The translations under genes and the position numbers were made by a program. Shown piece by piece: positions 48,112 to 59,728 of a stretch of 64,000 bases of DNA. The stretch is from Fimicolochytrium jonesii (taxonomy: Eukaryota), in contig NW_026515692.1 of NCBI RefSeq assembly GCF_025526975.1, positions 1 through 64,000 of the forward strand, written 5' to 3'. A model generated the notes under the pieces. The model was given only the letters and a program-made list of their open reading frames with translations, was not told where the DNA came from and ran no database searches. Every line of letters begins with the position of its first letter. Within the stretch, counting starts at the first letter, position 1.

Positions 48112-49049
48112 GTTTTGGTCCTTCTGGCCATACTTTTGTGTGCCTGATTTGCCTTTTGACGAGGAGACTTTTAATGTCATTTTGATGGAGTGGGAGGGGG
48201 CGTCTCGGTGGGGGATGGCTGACGAAGGTCTTGTTCTGGTGGGAGCGGGGTCTGGTTGAAAAGTGCAAAATGCGAGGCTATCCCCTCCATCCCTGTGAGA
48301 GAAGCACTAACCATTGCTAACCCTAACTCCCTATCCCTAACCCTAGCTCCATGCATCCACATGACACTACCGTACTTTATTGTTTTCTTCCCTACATGTC
48401 GGAGTAGCTGCAGCTTCCTGTCTCCTTTCAGGCGGCCCCTTTGACATGTGGGGAATGCGTCACATGTCCCCAATGTCCTGTCACGTCACATGCTGCTTGA
48501 AATCCACATTTCATTCGGCCCATAGAGCAAAAACCACACCCAGCTCAGCAAGGATCCCTCTTGTAATCTCATCTCAACGCACAGTAACAATGGCTGGTTG
48601 AGGAATAAAATGGCTGGGGCTGTTTTGGAGGGGACGCAGGGTGGGAGTGGGGGGATGCGGAGGAGGGTAGCGTTTTATGTATTGGACGCGTCAGGTAACA
48701 ATTGTAATGTGGGTTGTCCGTCCAGTTGGAGAACAACATGTCTGCAAGACAGGCCTCGCGGGATAAACCTGTATTTAAGCGTCCAGACAGTGTTCTCCAG
48801 TGGACTCCGACCTCCTGGGTGCTTTACCAGCGCTCGTCGCGTGTTCCTATTCACAACAAGTATTTCTTTTGCTGCATATTGAATAGCAGCGCCGACAAAC
48901 ACCCATTCCGTCTACAATACCTTACAGCAAAGTAGTTACTGTATACGAACATCAGTTCTACAACCCGTGTGGAAGGTAGTCCACATCACTATTGGTTACC
49001 TTGCAAAACACGAAACACGGAGAAAGTGTCGCTGACGGATTGGGTACTT

Positions 49050-49456
49050 CTCAAATGTTAGATATTGCAAAATGGACCGCCAACGTCTCCGCCACCGCCC
49101 TCACAATTGCCCGTAAATTCCTTTCCCCCACCACCTTCAACGAGCAGCTATCCTTCCCATACACCCTCACCCCCCTCGCTTGTCAACTCCTCCCGCCAAC
49201 ACCGCATCAATCACCGGAACACCCCACCCCAAAAAAACCAACATGGAAAAAACACACCTGTCCCTTCTGCATCGACACACAAACGGGGGAGCCGAAGGTG
49301 TTGAATGGGGAGCATGAGTGGAGGGTGCATTTTGGGACTAGGGGGCCTAAAATGAGGATGGGCGGTGGGGAGAGGGCGAGGAGAGGGAGGCGTAGGGAAA
49401 GTGGTGGTGGGGATGTGAGCAGGGAGGAGGTGGCGGGTAGAATAGATGTATATTAG
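49050..49456 (+). pseudogene. C-terminal fragment resembling tRNA dimethylallyltransferase (Mod5/TRIT1) zinc-finger region
   Basis: LDIAKWTANVSATALTIARKFL...WKKHTCPFC...VLNGEHEWRVHFGTRGPK. Last Zn-ligand His absent; no catalytic domain upstream. Confidence 0.6.
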
Positions 49457-50178
49457 GTAGGATATACAGTTTTTTGGGGGTGGCAGGGATGTGGAACGGT
49501 CATGGAATTCAACATCGGCGTTGTTGCTCGCCCACTACGGTCTTTAGATCTATAGGGTCATCGAAAAACGGTCGACCGGAAACGCGCTGTCGAATTCCTC
49601 TGTAATGTGCTGTCACCCGCGGCCGTGCGAGTCCCGTTGCTGTCCCCGTTTTCCCGTGCTCATTCATACTCACGAACCTGCACGTCACATCTTTGAGTCC
49701 CGCTGCACCCTTGTCATAGCTCATCAACTCCCAAACTGAGCAACCCTCAAAGGTCTGCAATTTACACACATCTTCGCAGTCACTGAATAATTTCAAGGCT
49801 CGAAAAGGCCCCCACTCTCTTTTAAGCATTCCATCCGGGTATCGCACTCCCACACCGTATCCGCGCATCCGTACGAAACTCCACAGACTGAGCACGACAT
49901 AAGACACCCACACACGACACAAACACACCACCACCACCAAAACACATCACATCTCTCAGTCAGTTTAGACTGTGGATCAGTCATCCCGGACGTCCACCAA
50001 AATCGTGCAACCCTTGAAAAAAAAACAAATAGTCTTGAGTCAATATGGAGGGCTTGACGAACGGTGACGAGGTAAACTACAACGCGCAGTGAGCCCCCAC
50101 GCCGAGAGAAGGGTTTGGATCTGACTGTTGGTGATCCATGTGCATCTGCTGGCCCACGGCCTCGAATCCACCGCTTCG

Positions 50179-51229
50179 ATGGATGAGAACGGTGGAGAGG
50201 TCGAAGAGGTTGAAGAGGAGGAGGAGATGGTTGTTTCTACTACCGAGCCAAAGGTACCCACTCTGTCCCCTCTCCGTTTCCCATCCCCTCACCTCACCAA
50301 AACCTCCCACGCCCTCATGAACCCTCCGACAGCAGCTCCCAAAACGCAAACGCAAACCCGCGACCTCTGCCGCGACCACAACGCCCTCGGACACACTGAA
50401 CCAAACCGATGTGACAGAAGAGGAAGTCAAACCCAAACGCAGACGCCGCGCGAACGGTGACGCTGCCCTGGGTGCGCCGCCGGCACGTAAACGGGCTACG
50501 AAGAGAACCGCTGACGTCAAGACTGAGGGTGCCGCTGATACCCCCGCTGTGCAACAGGATGTGCAGGACGGGCCTGTGACAGAGGCGAAGAAGCGGGTGA
50601 GGGAGCCGAGGAAGAAGGCTGGCGTTGTTGAGAAGGAAGTAAAGGCTGAAGATGGAGATGAAGGGCGTGGTGGTGGAGTGGATGAAGGGGGCGCAAATGG
50701 CGCTGATAGGATGACGGGTGGTGCGGGGAGTAGCGAGGGGAACAGCGTGAAGAACGAAGCAGATGGAAGCCACTTTGACCACAATATGGCGGCGCGCGGG
50801 AAGAGTAATAACGGTGATGGCAATGAGAACGAGATGGATGGAAACGACCAAGACCCCGACAATGCGGTGCGTGGAGAGGGCAGCAATGGTAACAACGGTA
50901 ACGGTACGGAGAAAAAGCAGACCAACGACAAAAAAGCTGCTGCCGAGAAACCTAAGAAGCCGGCTGCGGCACGTAAGCCCCGCAGCACAGTTCCCATCAA
51001 CACCAGCACCTCCGATGGCGCTGACACCAGCCTCCTCACCCCCGTTGCGCTCAGCCCTTTGGAAAGCCACGTGCTATGTACAGCGTGGCCGGAGTGTGGC
51101 GGAGACTGGAACAAGCTTGCAGCCGTGTTTTTTGAGAAAGTACATGGGATGAGCATGGCGCAGGTTAAGAAGCATATTGCGAATAAGAAGATGCAGGCTG
51201 CAAATAAGAAGATGCGGGCGAAGGAGTAG
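50179..51229 (+). CDS. Hypothetical low-complexity charged protein with C-terminal Myb/SANT-like helical motif
   Basis: MDENGGEVEE exon, intron about 50254-50330, long K/E/G/N-rich frame ending LSPLESHVLCTAWPECGGDWNKLAAVFFEKVHGMSMAQVKKHIANKK. Confidence 0.45.
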
Positions 51230-53350
51230 GTGGGGAGGAGGGGTTGCGGGAGCGATGGGGGGGATGCGTAGAACGATGCACGCTGACACCGTCCACCCCC
51301 GACTGGAAAGCACCAAAAATCTCAGAACCAAAAACAACGGCCAACGCAGAACAATATTACACCCCGCTCGCATTGGCTCATCTGTCAAAAGAAGAGATAT
51401 CACCCAAGCCCGAACAATATTCACCAATGGCTTTACACCAAAAGGAGCGGGGATTGCAACATGAAGGAGAAAGTAGGAGGCAGTGTCCTCGTTTCCCCCC
51501 TATTACTCCCTCTTATACTAGGCGGTTTCGAGTTCTCATCGGCAAGTTCCGCATAGAGTTTCTTGAATTTGTGTGGCTCTCGTCTATGCATACAGGTCAA
51601 ATAAGAACAAACGTTTGCGAAAGAGATGAACGGGAAGGGCGGTGGTGGCACTGGTGGGGCTTGCAATTGACAGTGGAAGGACAGCAGGAGGTTGAGATGG
51701 CACAAGCCCACGTCACGCTCCGCCAAGCGGCATGCTGTCAATTCATCGCCCACAGGTCTCTCCGCAACCAGAATCGAAGGCAAAGGTATTTAAATCAGCT
51801 ACATATTTACACTATGTGCAGGGCAAGAAGCGAGGTGGCAAAAGCATGCAGTGGCCAGCGCGCCGAAGGCTTTGATTCCAATAGGTTGCTGCATACGCCA
51901 ATCCTGATGCAAACTGACGAGGACGACATCTCAAGAAACGACTGGGACTGGAAGATTGATCTGGACGGTGGGAGAATGAATAAGTGTATGCAGGAATGGT
52001 ATCTTAGTCTCAAACCAAGCTCAGACATACAACGTTGTCGTGTACGAATTTCTCCATTGCGGAGAGCCTTTCCAAAACTTCTTGCACGGTATCGGCGTTG
52101 TCTGTGTTGATTACGACTCGCTGAAAACAGACGGCTTCCTTCAGCGCGAACGCAATTCCACGTTCTATGATTCTGGAACAAGCATACCTTATCAAAGTAT
52201 TGATATGCGAGGCAGGCTTGAGTGGCCTCTGCAATCTGCCAGGAGGGCAACATTAGTTTGAGACCGTCCGACTATGCGATGTACATTTGTTACCTGCTGG
52301 ATCTGCACCAGCATCCTCTGCTCCTCGCGCAGCGTCATTCTCTCAAGCACCTCAGAGTTGAAATCCCAAGTCCCAACGATGGGTTGAGGATGGAGCACTC
52401 TGAGAGCAATGCATGGCGAATGTAGCATCGCGGCTTTAACTCTGAATAGACGCGATGTAGTGCGCATAGCAGTATTCCTCACGGTCCAACGCTCCGCAAG
52501 GTAAGATCACAGAAATAACACGTCGTATTTTCCCTCTTCCCATGTACCATAGTTCCATTACAAACTGATCCATATACATCTTTCAAAATATCAAGGAAGC
52601 ACACTACGTTGCGTGCCATTTAGATGCGTTACATTGTTTACTGGTATATTCTCATGAACATTTCTTTTGCCTTCAGAACTCCTTTTTTTAAATGGCACGA
52701 GCATTTACGTCCATTAGGACATCCCCAATGCATGCTTGTTGCGCTAGAGCGCGCTGTTTCGAGGATGGACTTCACGCTCGGCATGATAGCGATGGCTGGA
52801 CGAATGAAGAAAGCGCCCTTTAAGGCGGTTGGATTCCAACCAACAAGAAGGTGAATGTAGCAGCACAGCAAAGTTACCAAACCTTTAAGAACACCGTCCT
52901 CGCGTTATTCCCGGTTTTTGAAATTGGGTATGGAAGTCCACTGTCGGAGTTGCTCCGGATGAGCGAGCGGGGCGAGAGAGCATATGAGCTGGATGCTCGC
53001 GGTGCCCGTCGAGTGGCTGAGGGGCAATGAGGCGTAATGGGGCCAACGCCGATGTCGTGCGGTGAGGCTGCCGTCTTGTCTCGTCCGGATGCTCCGGATA
53101 TGCCGTTGACACGCGTGGATGCCATTGCCGTCCGCTCCAAGTCAAAAGTCATCGAGGCGCTGTCCAAAACGCATTCTGCTCTTCCTTCTTCCTTGGCATA
53201 TACAGTACATATACAGTATACAACACACCGTTTCCTTGACCTTGCGGGCAGTCCGCTGCAGGAAAGCGTCGACGCTGCCTTGCGCTTTTCCTGGCTTACC
53301 TTACAGCCAACGGAACTGGAACGGAAACCATTGCCTGAGCCTTGGGCGCC

Positions 53351-54184
53351 ATGTATTACGACTGTGCCATCTGCGACAGGTGCTTCCATACGAGCAGCTC
53401 TCTCTACCAGCATGAGTGGGCGACCCACTTCCCTTGCACTGATTGCGCCAGGGTGTTCTCGACCCCCTAGTCATTGCATCAACACTCGCGCGCCGTGCAT
53501 GTCAAATGCGCCTGGTGCAAGGAGTACTTCTGGAGCGACAGTGACTACTCCGACCACCTCCATCAATATCATTCTACCTGCGAATACTGCAACAACGTCT
53601 GCCAAGACAACGATGCCCTCGCCCGTCACATCGAAGAAGAGCATCCCAGCTGTGCCGATTGCGGCCGCACCTTCCGCCGAGAGCAAGACTTCGACCAGCA
53701 CGTAAACTCGGGAATTCATACGCAGCGGACGGTGGATTGCAACTACTGTGGGGAATCATTCCGGACCTTCTTGGGTCTGACGTAACACGTCGAATCCGGC
53801 AATTGCGAGGTCATGCCAATGACCCGCAAACAAATCAAGAACATCGTCCGTGTACGCGAGCGTGCTACGGGACTCCCTGGTACCATTCTCCAGCCTCGAA
53901 TAACTTACGGAGATCATCCTTCCCTTCCGGAGAAAGCCACCAGCAGAAGTTGGAACGGCTTGGGTTATGCTTGCTGCGTTTGTAACAGGTCCTTTCCGCA
54001 ACTCAGCCAACTCAACGAACATTTGATCACCCACGAGCCAGATCATTATCCCTGCATCAATTGCGGACGGCGGTTCAAGGTGTTGTCCGCCTTACTTCAG
54101 CATTGGGAGTTGACCCACTGTGGACAGAGCGCGGCAAAAAATGCAACCCGCATCTTCCGGAGGCAGATCCCTGACTGCTTTTAG
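53351..54184 (+). pseudogene. Multi-C2H2 zinc-finger gene with two in-frame stops
   Basis: One frame from ATG 53351 with about 8 CxxC...H motifs (CAICDRCF, CTDCARVF, CAWCKEYF, CEYC, CADCGRTF, CNYCGESF, CCVCNRSF, CINCGRRF). TAG at 53468 and TAA at 53783. Confidence 0.85.
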
Positions 54185-54798
54185 TTAGGCGAACTCAGTA
54201 GCGATAGATTGCAGATTAGAAACCCCGATCAAAGGAAGTGTGGACTCCTTGTGTCATCGGTCGTTAAATGAGTAGAATGAGATTCTGGATGGGTCATACA
54301 TGGTAGTTGGGGTTGAGAATGCCCTATTAGAGTAGGGAGGAAGCTACAATGCGCACAGCGTTTCTGTTCCGTACAACTACCGCTTTTTCATAACCTCTGC
54401 TACAATCTCCAGCCTCAAATACGGAAAGCCTGACACAACTTGCAAGCTATATTCCATTTGAGCTTTTGAAAAAGCATGTAGGAGGGGAAACTGCCCGCAG
54501 TATATGCATCCACCGGATGTTGTCCAAGAGCTGGCAACCCCCTTCCTCCACCCCCACATCATACATGTTGCTGCCGACACAAATCCGCATACAACCCATC
54601 CAGCTTAACCACCAAAGGCAATTGTTCCACTACTCCTTATCTTCGTATGATTCTGAACCGTAGATTTCTTCAACTTTGCAACCAGGGCTCATAACCTACT
54701 AGATCGGCAGTAGCCGACAAAGGTCAGGTTGTACTAGTAGTCTATGCTGCGTTGTCTATAGAGAAAGGGGTAAACCACCTCGTTTTGCAGGCTTTTCC

Positions 54799-54829
54799 TT
54801 AGGGTTAGGGTTGGGGTTTAGGGTTAGGG
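54799..54829 (+). repeat. Interstitial telomere-like tract
   Basis: TTAGGG TTAGGG TTGGGG TTTAGGG TTAGGG. Confidence 0.8.
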
Positions 54830-55214
54830 CTTTTCATCCACAGCGGAATTTCGGGAAGTGCAGCAACCGCAAATATGAGATATCCCCGACACAACACACA
54901 CCACCTGCTGGTGATAAGGTAAGTCTGTGGAAGATTGCCCCAAGGTGTAATCATGAAAGTATTCATTGCGCTCAACATCCTCCTATCTTTGGCAGGCTGC
55001 AATGACGGAAGAAGAGCAGCAGATAGCTAGGGCAAAGCGATTTGGAATACCTGTCGAACCGGCTGCCCCTGCAGACGCAAAGACGGCAACGACGGCAGGA
55101 CCAAAGCAAGCTGCAGCTGCAAAACCTGCCAAAGAGGTTGCGAAACCCCCTACGCCAGCCTCAGGCTCCAAGGCTCAGGCTCCAGCATTGCCGCTGCATT
55201 CCTGCTGCCGCTGC

Positions 55215-55378
55215 GTTGCCGCTGCATTCCTCACTCCCCTTGATTCTGCAATCCTCGAAAAGATCAAAGTTGCCTACACCACTGATGACCTTGCAAAGAC
55301 CATCCACGAACAGCTCAAGATCTCCCTTGCCCAACGGACCGGAGAAGCCCAGGATCGTATCAAGCGTTTCTCAGATGA
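55215..55378 (+). mobile_element. Older gypsy pol fragment serving as insertion target
   Basis: AAAFLTPLDSAILEKIK...QDRIKRFSDD is homologous to AAAYLTPTDTTLLDKIK...QDRIKRFSDE at about 59310-59470. Confidence 0.8.
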
Positions 55379-58300
55379 TGTTATGGACGACGCGCCCATA
55401 CCATAAGCTTACCTACTGACAGCCGCCAATGTCAACCGTCAGATGTCAAACGCCAATGTCAATGTCAATGTCAGTGTCAATGTCAGTGTCAATGTCAATG
55501 TCAATGCCACTCCCCCTCTCTCCTCTCATTTTGCCAATCCTCTTGCAATATCGCCACTCCTCCTCTCTCCTCTCATTTCGCCAATCCCCCCTCGGCTTCT
55601 CCACACCCCCCACTGCTTCCCCATAGCCAGCAGCTGTAGCAATGCTCTCTACGCTCGCCACGCACGCTCTAGGAGCATAGCTGGCGCCCCCCAGCCCCTC
55701 TTGTTGTTGTTGTTCTCTGATCTGCTGGGTTGCCTATCTATAAATAGCCGGCCTCTCTTCGTCCATTCCCTTCCTCCCCAGCAGATCAACACCAGTTCTT
55801 CTCGTCTCTTGTTCTAGTCCTTGTCTCTTGTTTTGCCAATACAATCTCTTGTCGCCCATCGCTCTCGCCTTGTCTTCTCTACTTTGCTTCCGCCTCAGTC
55901 GTTGAGATCATAACAGTTTGATCTGCTCCAACACTGCGATGTTCAGAACCCGTCAAGCCCTGCATCTGCCAAACCTTTTCACCATGTCCCAATCCGGATC
56001 CGTACCTTTCACCGCCGAACAATGGAATGATATGTGCCAAGCCATCGCCGCCTTGCAAAGCCAAAACGCCAACTTGCAGGCCAACCTAGCGCAAGCGCAA
56101 GCCGACGCACAAGCTGCCCAGAACATTGCCACCCAGGTTCAAGCCGATGCGTACGCCCGTCGTCAAGTCACCAACCCGGCTCCTGGAGCTCTGGAGCCAA
56201 GAATCAGCTCGCCCGAGAAGTTTGATGGTACCCGCAGCAAATTCTGTGGGTGGTTGAACAACATCCGGTTGATGCTTGCTCACCAGCCTGACCGCTACCC
56301 CAGCGACATCATCAAGATCCAAACTATTGGCACCTACCTCACCGGCACTGCGCAAGCCTGGATGGCGCCCCTAGTCGAACGCCAAGATTACAGCCTTCAG
56401 GACTTCAATAGTTTTATCAGTCAGATGCAATCGGTCTTCGGAGACAGCGACAGGGTCCGCACCTCTGAAAACAAGCTCCAGAACCTTCGCCAAACCCGTG
56501 CAGCAACCGAGTACGTTGCTGAGTTCCGCCAGCTACAATGCGATGTCTCCTGGAATGACCAGGCCCTGATTGCTACCTTCCGCCGTGGCCTCAAAGAAGA
56601 CGTCAAAGACCTGATGCTCACAATGCCCCCTGCGGCCACCATTGATGTGGTGATGGAGCAGGCTATCCAGTGCGATAACCGGCTGTTTGAGCGCCGCCTG
56701 CAGCGAAACAGAAGCCGCCAGACCTTCCCGGTTCCCCACACCTCGTTTACTACTACCACCACTGTCGACCACAGCGAGCCTATGCAGATTGACGCCGCTC
56801 GTCCCCGCGGCCCTCTGAGCCTTCAGGAACGCCAACGCCGCATTTCCAACAACCTCTGGCTTTACTGGGGTGGCGCGGGGCACATTGCAAAAGTCTGCCC
56901 CGTCAAGAACAAGACCACCACCCGTGCCGCCAACGTCGACATCAAAGAACCCTCCACCGAACAGGGTTTTCCCAAAGTCCAGCCGCAGTAAAGCCCCAGC
57001 GACTGGACAACACACACCGCCCCGGGCCTCCTAACCTCGCAGCTCCTGCAACAAGAGAGGCCACCCCCCTGGTTCCCGACTCCGTTATAGCCGACACAAC
57101 CCTCCTAGCCGCTGCCCATGTCGAAAACTCCGAAATTAACCCCCGCGCCATGCTTGTGCTGGGTCCCGTCAAACCCTTCAACTACCCCGTTACCATCATG
57201 GTATCATCCAGCCGCGCCCCGATACCTACCTCAGCCATGATCGACAACGGTGCCCTGTCCTGCTTCATCGACAGAGACTTTGCCCGCAAACACCGCACCG
57301 CCCTAGTCCCGCATCAGCGTCCACTGACGATCGAACTCGTTGACGGTCAACCCAGCTCTGCTGGGCCAATCACCCATCACACCCAACCAGTAGGCATGTG
57401 GGTCGACGACCACTTCGAAGAACTCGTCTTCCATGTCACCAAATCACCCCATGCTCCAATCCTCCTTGGTCTCCCCTGGCTCCGCCTCCACGACGTTAAC
57501 CTTGACTTCAAGAACCTTTCGGTCGGTTTCCGTTGCGACTGCCAGTACCATGAATTCGCGAATTGGGACAACTCCCCAGCACCCCCGAGCCCAGCACCCG
57601 CCAGAACCCCCGAGCCCTTGATCCGTATCCCCCAGGATGAAGTCCCCGTCGACGAAACATGGTCGATTCCAGTACCCAAGGTATCTCGCTCCAGCACCCC
57701 AGAATCGGCTCCCACGCCGCTCCGAGTCTCGTTCATCTCCGCCCCAGCCTTTCGGGGCGCAGCAAGGCATGACCAGGTCTTTGTCGCCTACGCCAACCCT
57801 GCGAAACCCGATCCCCCGGCCTCGCCTAGCCCCAGTAACCCCCCGACACCCGAGAAAGACATCAAAGACTTCCTGCCCCCCGAGTATCAAGACTTTGCCG
57901 ACGTTCTCGAAAAAAGAAATGCTGACACTCTCCCCGAGCACCGGCCCTACGACTGTCCAATTGATCTGGAAGAAGGCAAGCAGCCACCTTTCGGCCCGAT
58001 GTACAGCCTCAGCAAACCAGAAATGAAGGCACTCTGCGAATACCTCGAAGAAAACCTCGCCAAAGGATTCATCAAACCCTCAAAGTCCCCTGCCGGTGCG
58101 CCAGTCTTATTCGTGAAGAAAAAGGACGGTTCTCTCCGCCTCTGCATGGATTATCGAGGCCTGAACAGCATCACTGTGAAGAATCGCTACCCCCTGCCCC
58201 TGATCAACGGTATCATGGATCGTTTGCGCGGCGCCCGCCGTCTCACCAAGATTGACCTCCGCGGCGCTTATAACCTCTTACGCATGCGCCCGGGCGATGA

Positions 58301-59728
58301 ATGGAAGACAGCCTTCCGCTGCCGCTACGGCCTATTCGAATACAATGTCATGCCCTTTGGACTCAGCAATGCTCCTGGCGTCTTCCAATACCTGATGAAC
58401 GACATCTTCTGCAACATTCTCGATGTGTTTGTTGTCGTCTACCTCGACAATATCCTGATATTCTCCAAGAACCCCGAAGATCACCCCAGACATGTCCGCA
58501 AAGTCTTGTCCCGCCTCCGACAGCATGGGTTGTACGCCAAACCCGAGAAGTGCAAATTCAATCGCGAATCCGTTGAGTTCCTAGGCTTCATCATCTCCGA
58601 GAAAGGCATCCAGATGGACCCCAAGAAGATCGCTGCCATCACGGATTGGGAACCTCCCAAGACTGACAAAGGCGTCCAGCGGTTCCTCGGCTTTGCCAAC
58701 TTCTATCGCCGATTCATCCAAGGTTATTCCAAGATCGCTGCCCCGCTCACAGCCCTGACCCGGAAAGACATCCCGTACGCCCGGACACCCGCCGCAAACA
58801 CCGCCTTTGAGAACCTGAAGAAAGCATTCACCACCGCCCCCAGCCTTGCTCACCCTGACCCAGAGAAGCCCTTCGTCGTCGAAACTGACGCCTCCGACTT
58901 CGCTCTTGGCGCAATTCTCCTCCAACCTGACCAGGACAATCAGCTCCACCCCGTGGCCTTCCACTCTTGCAAATTCACGGCCGAAGAGATCAACTACGAG
59001 ATCTACGACAAGGAACTTCTGGACATCCAAGACTCCTTTGCCCAGTGGGGACACCATCTCATTGGCGCCCGTCACAAGATCACCGTTTACTCCGACCATA
59101 AAAACCTTCAGTACTTCATGACCACCCGCACCCTGAACCGCCGCCAACCCCGCTGGTCGATATTCTTCTCGGATTTTGACTTTGTCATTACCTATCGCCC
59201 CGGTTCCCAGCAGCACCAAGCCGATGCCCTCTCCCGACGCTCCGAACATGAGCTAAAAAAGGGGGAGGAAGCGTTCCGCTCCCAGGCAACCACAATTTTG
59301 ACTCCCGACGCCGCGGCCTACCTCACACCCACGGATACCACGCTGCTTGACAAGATTAAGGCCGCCCAGGCCTCTGATCCCCTTGCTAAGACCATTCGCG
59401 AAAAGCTCAAGATACCCCTCGCCCAACGAACCGAGGAAACCCAAGATCGTATCAAGCGGTTCTCAGATGAAGTTGGGATCCTGCTGCGCGATAACCTGGT
59501 CTATGTCCCCACCAACGAGCTCCGAGCTGAAGTCTGCCACGACATGCACAGTACACCCCTAGCCGGCCACTTTGGGGTATCCAGGACCCTCGAACTCGTC
59601 TCCCGCAACTACTGGTGGCCCAGCCAGTGGCGCTTTGTCAAAGCCTACGTCAAGTCCTGCGATATCTGTAGCCAAGCGAAATCCAGTCGACACAAACCGT
59701 ACGGCCTTCTCCAGCCCAACATTATCCC
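55379..59728 (+). mobile_element. Ty3/gypsy chromovirus, 5' part: LTR 55379-55915, gag 55984-56991, pol in the -1 frame (PR-RT-RH-start of IN); inactivated and interrupted by copia
   Basis: TG..CA LTR. Gag PEKFDG, LRQT, FRRGL, EPMQID. Pol FVKKKDGSLRLC.DYR, KIDLRGAYN, MPFGLSNAP, YLDN, VETDASD, ADALSR, GHFGVSRT...YWWP. Confidence 0.95.

Noticed and set aside
51244..52110. 288-aa ORF
   Set aside because: Composition looks non-coding, it has a non-ATG start and no recognisable domain.
53351..54184. TAR-to-Gln genetic code reassignment
   Set aside because: Conserved genes in the window terminate at TAG (acyl-CoA dehydrogenase, G-alpha, MRPL22) and gag ends at TAA.
40802..59728. The two chromovirus halves as one element split by an inversion
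   Set aside because: The LTRs differ clearly in length and sequence (554 vs 537 bp), and the flanks (GATGA vs TCGTC in element orientation) give no target-site duplication.
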